A stretch of DNA of 38,136 bases. Source: Clostridia bacterium. GTDB taxonomy: Bacteria; Aerophobota; Aerophobia; Aerophobales; AE-B3A. Both the position numbers and the translations under genes were made by a program. The stretch spans positions 1 to 38,136 of the forward strand of contig DAOWIY010000003.1 in NCBI GenBank assembly GCA_030640665.1, written 5' to 3'. Positions 36,411 to 38,136 of the stretch are shown here, piece after piece (within the stretch, counting starts at the first letter, position 1; each line of letters begins with the position of its first letter). Below the pieces are notes generated by a model. The model was not told the origin of the DNA and did no database searches. It worked only from the letters and a program-made list of their open reading frames with translations.

Positions 36411-37031
36411 TTGGCTCGGGATAGGGAAAGTAAGTGCAAGAGATGTCGTAAATTCAATATCAAACTTTTTTTAAAGGGAGAGAGATGTTATACGGACAAG
36501 TGTGGCCTGCAGAAAAAAAAATCAGAACGTTTCCGGGGAAGAAGAAGACCTTCCCAGTATGGGCTGCAGCTCAGGGAGAAACAAAAGGTAAGGTGGCAAT
36601 ATGGAGTGATGGAAAGTCAATTTCAGAAATATTACCAGATGGCAGAGAAATCGCCAAATCTCACAGGAGAGGAACTTCTACGGTTGCTGGAACGAAGATT
36701 GGATAATGTGGTATATAGATTGGGTTTCAGTTTTTCCCGTCCACAAGCTCGCCAATTAGTTAATCATGGTCATTTTTTAATTAATGGTCGAAGAGTGGAT
36801 ATTTCCTCTTATCTAGTAAAGGAAGGAGATATAGTTGAAGTCAAGAAAAAGAGCAAAAAATTACCTTTGATTAAGGAAAATTTGGGGGCTTCTCAAAAGA
36901 AAAAGACATTTCCTGAGTGGCTCGATATAGATAAAAAAACTATGAGGGGAACAGTTCGAAGATTTCCCCTTGCCGAAGAATTAGACCAAGAGATTGATCT
37001 AAGTTTGATAGTAGGGTATTATTCGAGATAA
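36411..37031 (+). CDS. rpsD: 30S ribosomal protein S4 (Cys-rich N-terminus)
   Basis: 206 aa with a TTG start. Begins MARDRESKCKRCRKFNIKLFLKGERCYTDKC, followed by an S4 RNA-binding domain. Confidence 0.95.
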   Translation: MARDRESKCKRCRKFNIKLFLKGERCYTDKCGLQKKKSERFRGRRRPSQYGLQLREKQKVRWQYGVMESQFQKYYQMAEKSPNLTGEELLRLLERRLDNVVYRLGFSFSRPQARQLVNHGHFLINGRRVDISSYLVKEGDIVEVKKKSKKLPLIKENLGASQKKKTFPEWLDIDKKTMRGTVRRFPLAEELDQEIDLSLIVGYYSR

Positions 37032-37044
37032 AAAGGAGGGGGGA

Positions 37045-38016
37045 GTGAGGGAATTAATAAAGCCGCAAGAAATTGTTATTGAGAAAAAGACCTTTTCTGA
37101 TAGGTTCGGCAGGTTCATTATTGAGCCTTTAGAGAGAGGATATGGTACAACGTTGGGTAACTCCCTTCGGCGGATTCTTCTTTCTTCTATTCCCGGAGCA
37201 GCGGTGACTTCTGTTAAAATTGAAGGAGCCTTCCATGAGTTTTCCGCCATTCCTGGAGTTAAAGAAGATGTATTGCAAGTTATCCAAAACTTAAAGCAAA
37301 TTAGAGTGAAGTTGTTTACTGATAAGGAAAAAAAGGTCTTTCTGGATGTACAGGGTCCCTCGAAGGTAAAAGCTTCTCATATTAAAACCGATAGTGAGGT
37401 AGAGATTGTTGATCCTGATTTACTTATTGCTACCTTAGAGAATAAAAAAACGCATCTCTTAATAGAGATTGCCTTAGCTAAGGGTAGGGGTTATGTACAG
37501 GCAGAGGATAACAAAAGGTCTGATCAGCCATTAGGAACTATTCCTCTGGATTCCATTTTTTCGCCGGTTAAAAAAGTAAAATACGAAGTAAAACCAGCTA
37601 GAATTGGAAGAAAGACTAGTTTTGATTCTCTCCTCTTAGAAGTTTCTACTGACGGCACTATTAAACCTGATGAGGCAGTGCGAGAGGCAGCCAAGATTTT
37701 GAATGAATATTTGGAATTCTTTATCAGAGAAAAGAAAGAAAAAGAAATGACTGACGAAGAAAAAAAGAACTTTCTGGAGCAAAAAGTGGAAAAAATAGGG
37801 ATTTCCGGTCTTTCCCTTAATGCCTTGAAAGCTGCAGGAATAGAGAAGATAGGAGATTTAGTCTTAAAGAATGCCAAGGAACTTCTAAAAATGCAAAATT
37901 TTGGTAAGAAGTCACTTGAGAAGATAGAGAAAAAGTTAGCCAAGTATAACTTGAGTTTAGCCAAAGAGGAAAGTAATGAAGCACAGAAAAAAAGGAAAAA
38001 AGCTGGGACGGCTTAG
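37045..38016 (+). CDS. rpoA: DNA-directed RNA polymerase subunit alpha
   Basis: 323 aa with a GTG start. Contains GRFIIEPLERGYGTTLGNSLRRILLSSIPGAAV and a C-terminal helix-hairpin-helix domain. Confidence 0.95.
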   Translation: MRELIKPQEIVIEKKTFSDRFGRFIIEPLERGYGTTLGNSLRRILLSSIPGAAVTSVKIEGAFHEFSAIPGVKEDVLQVIQNLKQIRVKLFTDKEKKVFLDVQGPSKVKASHIKTDSEVEIVDPDLLIATLENKKTHLLIEIALAKGRGYVQAEDNKRSDQPLGTIPLDSIFSPVKKVKYEVKPARIGRKTSFDSLLLEVSTDGTIKPDEAVREAAKILNEYLEFFIREKKEKEMTDEEKKNFLEQKVEKIGISGLSLNALKAAGIEKIGDLVLKNAKELLKMQNFGKKSLEKIEKKLAKYNLSLAKEESNEAQKKRKKAGTA

Positions 38017-38136
38017 GGATCAGCGAAGGGCACTGTTAGCGAACCTGGTTAAATCCTTATTTTTCTATGAAGAAATTACTACTACTGAAGCTAAAGCTAA
38101 AGAAACAGCTAGATGGGCTGAGAAAATGATCACTTT
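37976..38136 (+). CDS. rplQ: 50S ribosomal protein L17, 5' part; runs off the window end
   Basis: Manual translation from ATG 37976: MKHRKKGKKLGRLRDQRRALLANLVKSLFFYEEITTTEAKAKETARWAEKMIT. There is no stop inside the window, and it overlaps rpoA by 41 nt. Confidence 0.9.
   Translation, partial: MKHRKKGKKLGRLRDQRRALLANLVKSLFFYEEITTTEAKAKETARWAEKMIT

Overview
AT-rich bacterial chromosome segment read with the standard code (many genes end cleanly at TGA). Only proA (partial) is on the minus strand. The order on the plus strand is as follows. (1) An inositol cluster: ino1, an IPCT-like cytidylyltransferase, and a fused IPCT-like/CDP-alcohol phosphotransferase. (2) hflK-hflC and ppdK. (3) tRNA-Tyr, tRNA-Thr, tuf, rpmG, tRNA-Trp, secE, nusG, rplKAJL, rpoB, rpoC. 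(4) rpsL, rpsG, fusA and the S10, spc and alpha operons through rpoA and a partial rplQ. There is no rpmD (L30) between rpsE and rplO, and no map between adk and infA. Gene content is ordinary core machinery, but several things are not explained by the genes. (a) Nine intercistronic cassettes are built from tandem degenerate heptamers (TTCGTAT/CTCGTTG-like) in inverted arrays. They sit between an upstream gene end (six of nine begin at or across a stop codon) and the next Shine-Dalgarno, and some have near-identical arms at distant loci. (b) rpoC carries one in-frame TGA at the conserved Ser of the SGARG motif, a roughly 37-residue insertion in the F-loop region, and GADFDGD in place of the universal NADFDGD. 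(c) L7/L12 has a 69-residue lysine-rich repeat N-terminal extension. (d) The inositol cluster has a duplicated, degenerate cytidylyltransferase domain and an off-register CDP-alcohol motif. (e) EF-Tu has a five-cysteine insertion. All homology calls come from reading the translations and from memory of the families; no database search was run.
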